A stretch of 64,000 nucleotides of DNA from a virus. The notes under the pieces were generated by a model. That model was not told where the DNA came from and made no database searches. It worked only from the letters and a program-made list of their open reading frames with translations. The stretch's first letter is position 1; every line of letters begins with the position of its first letter. The translations under genes and the position numbers were made by a program. The stretch lies in IMG/VR virus record IMGVR_UViG_3300048672_000851, positions 1 to 64,000 of that record; one strand, 5' to 3'. Shown here piece after piece: positions 17,011 to 25,758 of this stretch.

Positions 17011-17234
17011 ACGGTATGTTAATAGCTTCCACTATTCAAATTGTTCCTTATAAGATTTATGGATTAACCATGTATGCTGTAGAAGGTTTATCTATGAATT
17101 CTTATGAAGACTTTCAATTAGTTCAATTAAAATGGTTTTACAATAGTAATCTTGCTGTTAAGTACGTAGAACGTCATATGCAATTTTACAATATTGTACA
17201 AGACCGTGAAATCAACCAACGTTTAAGGAATTAA
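17007..17234 (+). CDS. Hypothetical protein
   Basis: Coupled ORF. Confidence 0.55.
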   Translation: MNGMLIASTIQIVPYKIYGLTMYAVEGLSMNSYEDFQLVQLKWFYNSNLAVKYVERHMQFYNIVQDREINQRLRN

Positions 17235-17376
17235 TATAATGACAAATATCTACACAAACAATCCAAAAGGTTTCTTACAAACACAACGTACATTAGTTTC
17301 ATTGTGTGTTGAATTAGCAATCATTCAAATGCGTAATGAAAGCTGGAAACGTCCGTTAGTTTAAAAGGTCAATCTT

Positions 17377-17625
17377 ATGTTGAACCAGCAAGACTTGAAA
17401 GAAATTGAAATCCAAGAAAACATTAAGCTAATCAACATGCAGTGGCATCTAGTTAAAAGTAATACTGCTGGCTTAATGTTTGTATGTCCTGTTATTGGTG
17501 GTTGGTTAGTTAAAGAAGTTCAGAATGTAATTACACCTACTGAGCGAAGTAGCTTTAACACAGGCTATAGCTACACATCTTCAATGGTGTTTGTTCCTGA
17601 TCCAAATCATGAATGGTTCTACTAG
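17377..17625 (+). CDS. Hypothetical protein
   Basis: GGWLVK...MVFVPDPNHEW pattern recalled from small phage proteins. Confidence 0.65.
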   Translation: MLNQQDLKEIEIQENIKLINMQWHLVKSNTAGLMFVCPVIGGWLVKEVQNVITPTERSSFNTGYSYTSSMVFVPDPNHEWFY

Positions 17626-17626
17626 T

Positions 17627-18130
17627 ATGAATAACAGACCAGTAATCATTGAGCTTATTGAAAAAGGCTACAACAACGCTGAAATCAAATCAGCTACCCA
17701 TTGTACTTTACGATACATTCGTAATATCCGGTCAGAGTACAATGACAGTTCGCCCATTCCCAAGCTATCCCGTCATAAGGCACCTGCTGAAAATACCCTA
17801 GCCAGAAAAGCCTATGACATGATCAAAGCTAACCCCTTGCTAACAGACAGGGAAATCGCAGATGCTACTGGGATGACTCGTGCAAGCGTATACTGCACCC
17901 GTAGACGGTACTTTGGTATGGTCAACATCAAGCTCAATACCTACCATATTGAGTACGGTACCAACAGTAAAAAAGGTGCTGCCTTAGTCCAAGCAGCCAC
18001 ACAAAAAGAAGCAGAACACAAGCTAGTCAATGCTTTGTCCTTACCCTTATGGGCAGTAGACAAAGTGTCTATGCTTCGTACATTGCCTGCTGTGATGCAA
18101 TTACAGCATACCGACAGTTACCATTTCTGA
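17627..18130 (+). CDS. Tandem helix-turn-helix DNA-binding protein
   Basis: GYNNAEIKSATHCTLRYIRNIR and LTDREIADATGMTRASVYCTRR. Confidence 0.7.
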   Translation: MNNRPVIIELIEKGYNNAEIKSATHCTLRYIRNIRSEYNDSSPIPKLSRHKAPAENTLARKAYDMIKANPLLTDREIADATGMTRASVYCTRRRYFGMVNIKLNTYHIEYGTNSKKGAALVQAATQKEAEHKLVNALSLPLWAVDKVSMLRTLPAVMQLQHTDSYHF

Positions 18131-18138
18131 GGTGTTTT

Positions 18139-18633
18139 ATGAACAAAAGTCCGTTTATTCAAAAAGAACTAGAAATACTACATACTCGACTTCATCAAAT
18201 TGATGAAAACACTTTTATAGATAGCATGTTGCAGATTATCCGCAATGCTACTGGAAAAGTGTACTCACTTCATGTTGATGTAGAAGAAAAGAAAGAAACC
18301 AAACATCCGGTTACTGCTCAAGACTTCTTAGAAGCCATTGCAAAAGTACAAAGTAATCGTGGTGCAGAGTATGAAGAACAAAGTAAAGAAGAACGTAGCT
18401 TTGCTAAGGTTGCTGCTTCATACAATGCTATTCGTGACACTAATTTAGCTGGTTCAGATATTGCTTTGATCCAAGCACAATTAAAGTTCGTTCGCCAATA
18501 CTCTAATCCTGAACGTATTCACCATGATTCATTGTTAGATGCTCCAAGCTACACTGTCTTATGGTCAAGTGAACTCATGGCTGAAGCAGCGGAGAAACAA
18601 CAATGTCTGAAAACAAACCCTTCTTCCGAATAG
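18139..18633 (+). CDS. DUF6378-like protein
   Basis: RGAEY..RSFAKVA..DIALIQAQLKFVR..HDSLLDAPSY pattern; GAGGT RBS before 18139. Confidence 0.65.
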   Translation: MNKSPFIQKELEILHTRLHQIDENTFIDSMLQIIRNATGKVYSLHVDVEEKKETKHPVTAQDFLEAIAKVQSNRGAEYEEQSKEERSFAKVAASYNAIRDTNLAGSDIALIQAQLKFVRQYSNPERIHHDSLLDAPSYTVLWSSELMAEAAEKQQCLKTNPSSE

Positions 18634-18785
18634 AAGAAAAAGATAAGTTTTTTCCTTATCTCAAAATTATGGCTGGTGACAAAGAAATCACGTATACCGA
18701 ACTGGTTCATGCTGCTAATGTCATGCGTGACAAGTTAGCTGGGTTCGGTATTCGAGTTGACTTCACTAAAAAGGATAAACAATGA
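18603..18785 (+). CDS. Hypothetical protein
   Basis: GGAG RBS. Confidence 0.55.
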   Translation: MSENKPFFRIEEKDKFFPYLKIMAGDKEITYTELVHAANVMRDKLAGFGIRVDFTKKDKQ

Positions 18786-19123
18786 CTCCTGAACAGTTTC
18801 AAGAAATGACCGATAAAATGACTGTAGAAGAATTCAAAGAATACTGTGTAACGAATAAAATTTCGTTCATTTTATCTTACGCTTCTGATTCAGATATTAA
18901 TAAAGCTGCTGCTTGTAGCTTCTTTATTAACAGTAAAAACGAAGGAAATCTTCAACACGCTATGTCTAAAGAAGCTGCCAGAATCTCAGCAGCTAGTATG
19001 TGTATTAGTAAAAATTTAAAAGATCAAGAACTAATTGCCTTAGTTCAATTTTTAGGTGAATTGGATTTTCAAAAAGCCTATTTACCTAATGAAGAAGAAG
19101 AAACACCGAAATACTTAAATTAG
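18782..19123 (+). CDS. Hypothetical protein
   Basis: AAGGA RBS, coupled. Confidence 0.65.
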   Translation: MTPEQFQEMTDKMTVEEFKEYCVTNKISFILSYASDSDINKAAACSFFINSKNEGNLQHAMSKEAARISAASMCISKNLKDQELIALVQFLGELDFQKAYLPNEEEETPKYLN

Positions 19124-19143
19124 GTTACAATATGTTTGACATT

Positions 19144-19158
19144 GTACGCTCCGCGTAC
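19144..19158 (+). promoter_or_regulatory. GC-TCC-GC hairpin
   Basis: GTACGC-TCC-GCGTAC, intergenic. Confidence 0.6.
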
Positions 19159-19209
19159 TAATATTGATTAAAGGCTGTTAATTAGCCCTTATCAATAACG
19201 AGGTGTAAC

Positions 19210-19326
19210 ATGGATTATGAATTTCTGAATGATGTTGAAGAAACATCTGAAGTAACTCAAGATAATTCCGACCTGTATACCTTCACTATCGAAGGTGACA
19301 AAGTTGAAACTATCTTTGAAGTTTAA
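19210..19326 (+). CDS. 38-aa highly acidic peptide
   Basis: Read by hand: MDYEFLNDVEETSEVTQDNSDLYTFTIEGDKVETIFEV*; GAGGT RBS; followed by a terminator. Confidence 0.7.
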   Translation: MDYEFLNDVEETSEVTQDNSDLYTFTIEGDKVETIFEV

Positions 19327-19343
19327 CTACCAAACGCTGGTCT

Positions 19344-19376
19344 AAAAGCCCTGACTAGTTCAGGGCTTTTTATTTT
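19344..19376 (+). terminator. Rho-independent terminator
   Basis: AAAAGCCCTGA/TCAGGGCTTTT plus T-rich tail. Confidence 0.85.
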
Positions 19377-19401
19377 GTAGTACCTAAATCAAAGAACTCC
19401 T

Positions 19402-19548
19402 ATGAACGAATTTTTACTTAATAACCCGTGGGTTATCCTAGCTGCTATGGTATTAGCTGGTGCAGCTACTATTATGGCCGCTACTTTAGCAGTCTTTTGG
19501 TTTGGTTATTTAATTACCTATCCATTTCGCACAAAAGACTATCGCTGA
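19402..19548 (+). CDS. Small membrane peptide
   Basis: Read by hand: 48 aa with a long hydrophobic stretch; weak RBS. Confidence 0.45.
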   Translation: MNEFLLNNPWVILAAMVLAGAATIMAATLAVFWFGYLITYPFRTKDYR

Positions 19549-19705
19549 ATACAATCCGTATTTCAATTAAATTACAATCTCAATGACAAACACTTATTTA
19601 GTCTGGTAGCATTACTAGGCCAGACATGGCGTTTTCCCTGTGAGGTTGTGTGTTTACACAAAAGGCTATTCAAATTGAATAGCCTTATTTTTATCGGAAA
19701 CACTA

Positions 19706-19888
19706 ATGGCTTACTCACTTATAGTTGTCTTATTTATTGGTTCCACTCCTGTTCTCTATGAACAACCCAAATCCACTAAAGAACAATGTCTACTTGAAGC
19801 CAAACAAGTTAAACGTACATTCAGACAACTTAAGTTTGTGTTTCCTAACTTATTTGTTCAATCAGCCTACTGCATGGAGATCAAATGA
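19706..19888 (+). CDS. Small hypothetical protein
   Basis: Hydrophobic N-terminus and a Cys pair. Confidence 0.55.
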   Translation: MAYSLIVVLFIGSTPVLYEQPKSTKEQCLLEAKQVKRTFRQLKFVFPNLFVQSAYCMEIK

Positions 19889-20301
19889 ATAAACTTGAAA
19901 AAGGATCTGAGTATGAAATTACAGCTATTATGTTGTTTCCTACTCCAACTCCTAGTTGCAATGTCATTGAAGTAAGTACATCAAAATACACAGTAACAGA
20001 AATGATTAACCCACTTACTTCTGTATACCAACTGGTTTCAGAATGGGGAACTGTTACTGAACGAACTGTATTTGTGTTTGATCCAAAATACTTCAAAAGT
20101 ATCTCTAAAAGCCTTTGTGGTTGTTCTTTCTATGTTCCAGAAGAACATAAGCAAGAGTTTATCAAACTAGTTTATGATTTACTGAAATCTAATAAAATGG
20201 ATTTAATTAAATCTGTTACTGAACAACTCAATGCAGTTAAAAACAACTACAAAGAGTTCTGTAAGAAAAACCCAGAGGAATTATCTATCTATGACCTCTA
20301 A
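19885..20301 (+). CDS. Hypothetical protein
   Basis: GGAG RBS, coupled. Confidence 0.65.
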   Translation: MNKLEKGSEYEITAIMLFPTPTPSCNVIEVSTSKYTVTEMINPLTSVYQLVSEWGTVTERTVFVFDPKYFKSISKSLCGCSFYVPEEHKQEFIKLVYDLLKSNKMDLIKSVTEQLNAVKNNYKEFCKKNPEELSIYDL

Positions 20302-20863
20302 GCCAACAATCATTGTTAAAAAAGCTGAACGTAATACTCAAGCCATGTACAATAAGTGGTGGGAAGAAAAGGCTTTAGTTTTCTTTAGCAATATTAATAC
20401 AGTACCTATGCTTATGCATCTCGGTACTGCATTAACCTATCCTGACTCTAAGGTAAGAGAGCAGTCAATTAATAACGGTGTATTTCCATACCGTATTTAC
20501 ATTGGTTCTACTTTTAGCGAAGATGGACAGGATTATTTCAATTACCAAGAGTTAACTACAGTACCTAAACACTTAACTTATAACCAATTCAAAGATTTGG
20601 TTAAAGATAAACTTCGTGCTTCAGGTGTTGCTTTAGGTAACAAGTTAATCAACCAATTTCACATTGTCATTCCATTAGGTTATGAGTTAACTGAAGAATA
20701 CTTAGGTAAGCTTCTTAATGAATACCGAGTATGGACACCACTAGGAAACATGATCCATGAGTCAACTACACTTCCAACTGTTATCCAAAACATTATCGCC
20801 AGCACAGTTAACCACTATGTTGCAACTTCAACACGAAACCAACTGCGCTCTAATCGACCCTAA
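20291..20863 (+). CDS. Hypothetical protein
   Basis: Likely start MTSKPT at 20291. Confidence 0.6.
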   Translation: MTSKPTIIVKKAERNTQAMYNKWWEEKALVFFSNINTVPMLMHLGTALTYPDSKVREQSINNGVFPYRIYIGSTFSEDGQDYFNYQELTTVPKHLTYNQFKDLVKDKLRASGVALGNKLINQFHIVIPLGYELTEEYLGKLLNEYRVWTPLGNMIHESTTLPTVIQNIIASTVNHYVATSTRNQLRSNRP

Positions 20864-21533
20864 CTATTTAATCACTCGTGATGAAAAAGTAGACTTCCTG
20901 CTTGCAGCAGAACAAGAAGCTTCTGAAGCTATTGATCACTTGGATTGGAAATGGTGGGCTAAAAACCCAGCACCATTAGACTTGTGCCAATTACAATTGG
21001 AATTCATTGATGTAATTCACTTTGCATTATCTCAATGTATGATTGATGGTCATAACTTTATTTTAAGTCGTGGTTCAACTAACGTTGATGAAGTCTTCAA
21101 AGTATTTGAAGAAAAAGTTGCTACACTAATTACATCTCAATTTGGCAACGAAATGACTCAACGAATTACAGAAGATGTAGGCATTGACTCATTTGACACA
21201 ACGATTATTTCAATGCTTCGTCAGATGAAAGTATGTTGTTTAGATTACCAAGCTGCACCTTTGTTGATAAATGCTTTGATTGCCTGTCATATCACTGGCA
21301 TGACACCAGAAGACGTTTACACTACCTATGTCAAAAAGGCTGTGTTAAACCGCTTCCGTCGAGCCAATGGTTACAAAGAAGGCACCTACAACAAGCTGTG
21401 GTCTGGTCTTGAAGATAACGTGTATTTGGACACCGTAGCTTCTACGATTGATCCTAATGACCCCAACTACGTGAATAGCCTGTATTCTCAACTGACTATG
21501 GAATACGCTGCTCACAACCAACAACAACACTAA
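20757..21533 (+). CDS. dut: Dimeric all-alpha dUTPase
   Basis: EASEAIDHLDWKWW, QLEFIDVIHF, LNRFRRANGYKEGTY..W.GLEDN motifs. Confidence 0.9.
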   Translation: MSQLHFQLLSKTLSPAQLTTMLQLQHETNCALIDPNYLITRDEKVDFLLAAEQEASEAIDHLDWKWWAKNPAPLDLCQLQLEFIDVIHFALSQCMIDGHNFILSRGSTNVDEVFKVFEEKVATLITSQFGNEMTQRITEDVGIDSFDTTIISMLRQMKVCCLDYQAAPLLINALIACHITGMTPEDVYTTYVKKAVLNRFRRANGYKEGTYNKLWSGLEDNVYLDTVASTIDPNDPNYVNSLYSQLTMEYAAHNQQQH

Positions 21534-21575
21534 TGTATAGGGGGGCTTAGGCTCCCCTATTTTTTAGGGAATTTT

Positions 21576-21917
21576 ATGATCCTCTACCAAGACAACACCC
21601 CTATTCCTGTAACCGTTAAATCTCCCTCTTCATTCGGCTTTGTACGGCTCTATCACTCATTCTCTGGCAAGTATATTGCTACCCTACCTGCTCGCTTTGT
21701 ACGTCAAAAGGTAGGCTCTATTACGTACAATGACCACGTTTATCGCTGGATGGATTACAACGGTTCTGTTATTGAAAAAGACGGTACGATTTACATTATC
21801 GGACCCCATCATTACGCATTCTATCTCTGCCCTAAAAATACTTGGAAAGAAAGTGCTACTTTCACAAACGAACAATTAAAAATCCAAGCTAGAGAAGACC
21901 GCAAAAATAGAAAGTAA
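21576..21917 (+). CDS. Hypothetical protein
   Basis: AGGGA RBS. Confidence 0.6.
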   Translation: MILYQDNTPIPVTVKSPSSFGFVRLYHSFSGKYIATLPARFVRQKVGSITYNDHVYRWMDYNGSVIEKDGTIYIIGPHHYAFYLCPKNTWKESATFTNEQLKIQAREDRKNRK

Positions 21918-21931
21918 GCTCCGCTTACTTT
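21911..21931 (+). promoter_or_regulatory. GC-TCC-GC hairpin
   Basis: AAAGTAAGC-TCC-GCTTACTTT, close to N4 P2 coding-strand AGAAGCTCCGCTTCTTTT. Confidence 0.6.
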
Positions 21932-22067
21932 TCTGAGATAATAATTATGAAAGATTTACTTTTTGCTTATATTGAGCTTAATTCCGTTTTGGATTACACC
22001 CACACAGATAAATACGTTGAAGTTAGAGAATTGATTATTCAATTTAATCAGGATATGTCCACTAACT

Positions 22068-22460
22068 TTGATCCAGACAATACTACCTTGGAATACCTGT
22101 CTTATGATCACTCCTTTAGATCTTGATCAAGTTACCTTTCTTGCTTCTATTCAATGTCCAGTTGTACTTAAATTAAATCAGTTTCAAGATTTAATTGACA
22201 TCTACAAAGCCAAAAATCTTATCAAGATTGATGTTAAAAAAACTGTAGAAAACAAAGTTACTTCTTATCTTGCTTTAGGTGATATTCAATTCTGCTTTGA
22301 AGAAGAATCACAGTTATTGGGTAAAACAAAAATCCATACCATTAAAGCTACAGAGTATCTAATAGGAAACTATGTTGATGCTATTAAATCTGAATTAGCT
22401 TATTTGGGTTACAAAGAAGAAAGACTTCAAATCTCAGGGGATGACTTGTTTGATGATTGA
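22068..22460 (+). CDS. Hypothetical protein
   Basis: ORF; start uncertain. Confidence 0.55.
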   Translation: MIQTILPWNTCLMITPLDLDQVTFLASIQCPVVLKLNQFQDLIDIYKAKNLIKIDVKKTVENKVTSYLALGDIQFCFEEESQLLGKTKIHTIKATEYLIGNYVDAIKSELAYLGYKEERLQISGDDLFDD

Positions 22461-22470
22461 GGCTTAAATT

Positions 22471-22863
22471 ATGTCTATAGGTGAATATAACTACACTCTT
22501 GTTAAGATGTTTCCTGAGATTTACTGGATTAATGAAAAATCCAGAATCAAATTTAATTCACAAGAAGAAGTAATAGATTTTCTTGCTGCTTATATCTTAG
22601 ATTGTGGCTATAACAATCAATCCGTTTATATTAAGTTTTATGAAAGATACTTAATATATTTTAGATCTTCACTTGGGTATATTCCTGTGTTTTTGTTAAA
22701 AGAACACTCTAAAATTAAAACAAGTAGTTTCTCTGACTTTATTGCTTTAACACTACCTTCAATTAATACTTTTAGTTGTGAAGAAATAAGACATCTTATA
22801 GCTGAAAAAATAAAAGAAAAAGATCGAGCGTTATTTGATTACCTTTTAAGTAGAGGAAATTAA
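22471..22863 (+). CDS. FPxxYW paralog 1
   Basis: YTLVKMFPEIYW. Confidence 0.7.
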   Translation: MSIGEYNYTLVKMFPEIYWINEKSRIKFNSQEEVIDFLAAYILDCGYNNQSVYIKFYERYLIYFRSSLGYIPVFLLKEHSKIKTSSFSDFIALTLPSINTFSCEEIRHLIAEKIKEKDRALFDYLLSRGN

Positions 22864-23226
22864 ATGTCACACAGTTACTATCAACTCACTAAAATGTTTC
22901 CTGATGTTTATTGGAAAGATGGTAAACCAACTATCCCATTTATTTCTGATACAGAATTAGTAGATTTTTTAGTTGAATATGTCCTAGATAACTATGAAGA
23001 AGATTCCGGTATTTATATTTCCAAAAATGAATTGCTATCAAAATACAAAAACACAGGAAACACAAAATTTAATTGTGTCTGGAATGGGCGTACAGCAATA
23101 AACGGTTTTCTTATAGAACTAGGACTCAATAACCCAGTTTTTCTTAGAAAAAGCGCAGCAAATCGAATAAAAGAGTTAAATCCAGTAGTACATGAAATAC
23201 TTTCTATTAGAGAGAAAACAACATAA
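22864..23226 (+). CDS. FPxxYW paralog 2
   Basis: YQLTKMFPDVYW. Confidence 0.7.
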   Translation: MSHSYYQLTKMFPDVYWKDGKPTIPFISDTELVDFLVEYVLDNYEEDSGIYISKNELLSKYKNTGNTKFNCVWNGRTAINGFLIELGLNNPVFLRKSAANRIKELNPVVHEILSIREKTT

Positions 23227-23660
23227 TGACACCTAAACAGTTTTATCAAGCTTCTTGTTTATTTCCAGATATTTACTGGCCTAATGGTAGACCTATAGTT
23301 CAATTTGATAAAAAATCAGAAGTAGGTGAGTTTGTTATTCTTTATTTAAAGGATTGCTATTTAGTAGACACATGGGTAGCTATAGAAGAACTAGCTTCAA
23401 AAAGAAGTTTTTCTATTTATCGAATGTCAGGTACTCATCTTTTACGCAAACAATTGCCTGTGTTCCTGCAAAGCGATAACGGTTATTTCAGTAACTTAAT
23501 TACAGCACTGCTTTCAAATAAAAACATAGATCCAGAAGAAGTTAAAGAAAGTATAGCTATTGATTTAAGAAACAACCACCCAGAAATCTTTAATGTATTA
23601 CATGAAAGATATATATCTATAATGTTAAAGAGTGACAATAAACATGGTTATGGAATCTAA
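23226..23660 (+). CDS. FPxxYW paralog 3
   Basis: FYQASCLFPDIYWP. Confidence 0.7.
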   Translation: MTPKQFYQASCLFPDIYWPNGRPIVQFDKKSEVGEFVILYLKDCYLVDTWVAIEELASKRSFSIYRMSGTHLLRKQLPVFLQSDNGYFSNLITALLSNKNIDPEEVKESIAIDLRNNHPEIFNVLHERYISIMLKSDNKHGYGI

Positions 23661-24003
23661 TCAAGAAATCATTGATAACTTGTATTTTGTATATAAGTTA
23701 ACTAATGATCCAAAGTGTATTGATATTCCAATAGATTTCCCTAAACGCTTTACTGAAGATGAAATGTTTAGTTTTATTAAGCTGCTTGGTATAGCGGGTA
23801 TGGTAGCGCGTAGAATATCTAAAGCTAAACACTTTACCAATACACTTTATCAATTTAACGATAAGTTTAATTTTCAATATCGAGTACAAAATAGTAAATC
23901 TCTTGTTAGCTTTTTAAGTGATAACAATACCGCTGACTTAGATGACAACTACTTAACTGTAAGCGATTCTCTTGTTGAATACTTCTTTAAGGGTAAAGTG
24001 TAA
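23632..24003 (+). CDS. Hypothetical protein within paralog array
   Basis: Coupled ORF. Confidence 0.6.
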   Translation: MTINMVMESNQEIIDNLYFVYKLTNDPKCIDIPIDFPKRFTEDEMFSFIKLLGIAGMVARRISKAKHFTNTLYQFNDKFNFQYRVQNSKSLVSFLSDNNTADLDDNYLTVSDSLVEYFFKGKV

Positions 24004-24452
24004 TGTCTCCTGAGCAATTCTATAAAGCTTCATGCTTATTTCCTGAAATCTATTGGCCAAGCGGTGTACCTATAGTTACGTATGAGCATATGGATGATGT
24101 TCTTGAATTCATGTGTTTATATGTATTGGATTACGGTCAATTAGATCAATCCATTCAAATAAAAACAACTATAGGAAGTGATAAAGTTCATCCTTATGTT
24201 TTTAGAACAAGAAAAGCTTTTAATAAACATGAGTTTTTAGAGCCAGCTTTTATACGGATGAATAAAGCATTAAGTGCATCTTTAATGTACAGTACTATGG
24301 AATTCAATCAGTTGATTTTAAAATTGTACCAACCCAAATCTATAGAAGATGCAGATTACCTCTCCACCTCTAAGTACAGATTAGCTAAATTAATTCAAGA
24401 AAGGGACAGAAACTTATATGACACCCTTGTTGATAGATACTTATTTTCCTAA
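24003..24452 (+). CDS. FPxxYW paralog 4
   Basis: FYKASCLFPEIYWP. Confidence 0.7.
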   Translation: MSPEQFYKASCLFPEIYWPSGVPIVTYEHMDDVLEFMCLYVLDYGQLDQSIQIKTTIGSDKVHPYVFRTRKAFNKHEFLEPAFIRMNKALSASLMYSTMEFNQLILKLYQPKSIEDADYLSTSKYRLAKLIQERDRNLYDTLVDRYLFS

Positions 24453-24861
24453 CTTTGCTTGGTTAAGGAAATTTCATCCAGAAGTGTATGGATTCAATGT
24501 AGTATCTTTTGAGTTATCTCCTGATGATGCTTCCAGAATGATAATTGATTTCATAGTAGAGAAGCTTGAAAATAGTTTAACTGTTGTAATTGCACTATCA
24601 GAAGACGGAAAAAAAGTTATTTCTGCGGAGGTGTACAACGGTATAGTTAAACTTGGTTCAATAAATTATATCTTTGCAAGATTTATTTACACTGAATTTC
24701 CAAAACCACATAGTTTTTTATTTGATGTAGAAAAGGTTAGGAAATTGGTTTTAATTAGTCTTCGTACTGACCCTAGAACAAAAGATCATCCATATATAAC
24801 TTACCAAGAATACCCTAAACCTTTTTCTACATACGTATTAGGCGACTTCCATGACAAATGA
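24418..24861 (+). CDS. Possible divergent FPxxYW paralog
   Basis: FAWLRKFHPEVYG...IIDFI. Confidence 0.6.
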   Translation: MTPLLIDTYFPNFAWLRKFHPEVYGFNVVSFELSPDDASRMIIDFIVEKLENSLTVVIALSEDGKKVISAEVYNGIVKLGSINYIFARFIYTEFPKPHSFLFDVEKVRKLVLISLRTDPRTKDHPYITYQEYPKPFSTYVLGDFHDK

Positions 24862-25174
24862 AGAATTAGAACAAGAGATAGAACATATTAAAATGCTCCT
24901 GTCTCTCAATGTTCCCATTGTGTTTGATCCAGTAAATAAAATTTATGATGCTCTTGCAGCAGCTACTTTATTTGCAGCAATACAAGCTGCAAAATTAGAC
25001 AATAAAAACATTATTGTTGGGTTCAACACAGAAAAAACAGTTAATTATGTTTTTGCTCGTAATTTAACTCTTAATGAATTCACTAACAAATTAAACGTAA
25101 ATTTAAAGGTCACTACAGATGAACTACGCAGAACTACTGTATCGGATTATATTGTCGATGTTGACCTCGGTTGA
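24851..25174 (+). CDS. Hypothetical protein
   Basis: Coupled ORF. Confidence 0.6.
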   Translation: MTNEELEQEIEHIKMLLSLNVPIVFDPVNKIYDALAAATLFAAIQAAKLDNKNIIVGFNTEKTVNYVFARNLTLNEFTNKLNVNLKVTTDELRRTTVSDYIVDVDLG

Positions 25175-25517
25175 GGTCTTGTTAGTTACAGATAGTAACT
25201 TACTCGCTTATTTTACTTTAGGCTTCTTGGCTTTTTATGCGTCTATTGATTTAATCATAGTGCCGTATGAGGCATACCTTTATTCATTGGAATTGGATGA
25301 CTATGAAGATGACGTACAAAGATACAATAAGTGAAATTCAAGTAGCAAAAAATAGAACAGTTGTTTATCAACTACTTTCTAAAGCAGGTATTGAAGCTGG
25401 TGGTATTGGTAATTCTATTTCTCGTTTAATTAGCAAAGCAGTAAGAGATAAAGATTATCAATTAGGTGTTCTATTAAGAACAGCTAAAGCCAGATTAGAC
25501 CAATTGGAGAACATCCA

Positions 25518-25706
25518 ATGACAAAATCAATGCTATCAAATATGAGTGTGGATGAATTAGCTAAACAAATTTTAGGTAATAAAGATCCCACATTCGATTA
25601 CAAAACTGCTGCTGAAATCCTTGCTGCTAAAACCCAAATCCTTTCATTCCATTACAAACAGCTAGAACATGACGTACAAGTTTTAGCTTCTAATACCAAT
25701 CGTTAA
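25518..25706 (+). CDS. Hypothetical protein
   Basis: GGAG RBS. Confidence 0.6.
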   Translation: MTKSMLSNMSVDELAKQILGNKDPTFDYKTAAEILAAKTQILSFHYKQLEHDVQVLASNTNR

Positions 25707-25715
25707 ATAAACAGG

Positions 25716-25730
25716 GTCGGCTCCGCCGAC
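25716..25730 (+). promoter_or_regulatory. GC-TCC-GC hairpin
   Basis: GTCGGC-TCC-GCCGAC upstream of the AAA/replication operon. Confidence 0.6.
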
Positions 25731-25758
25731 TCTTATAAACATCCCAAAGGAAAACACC

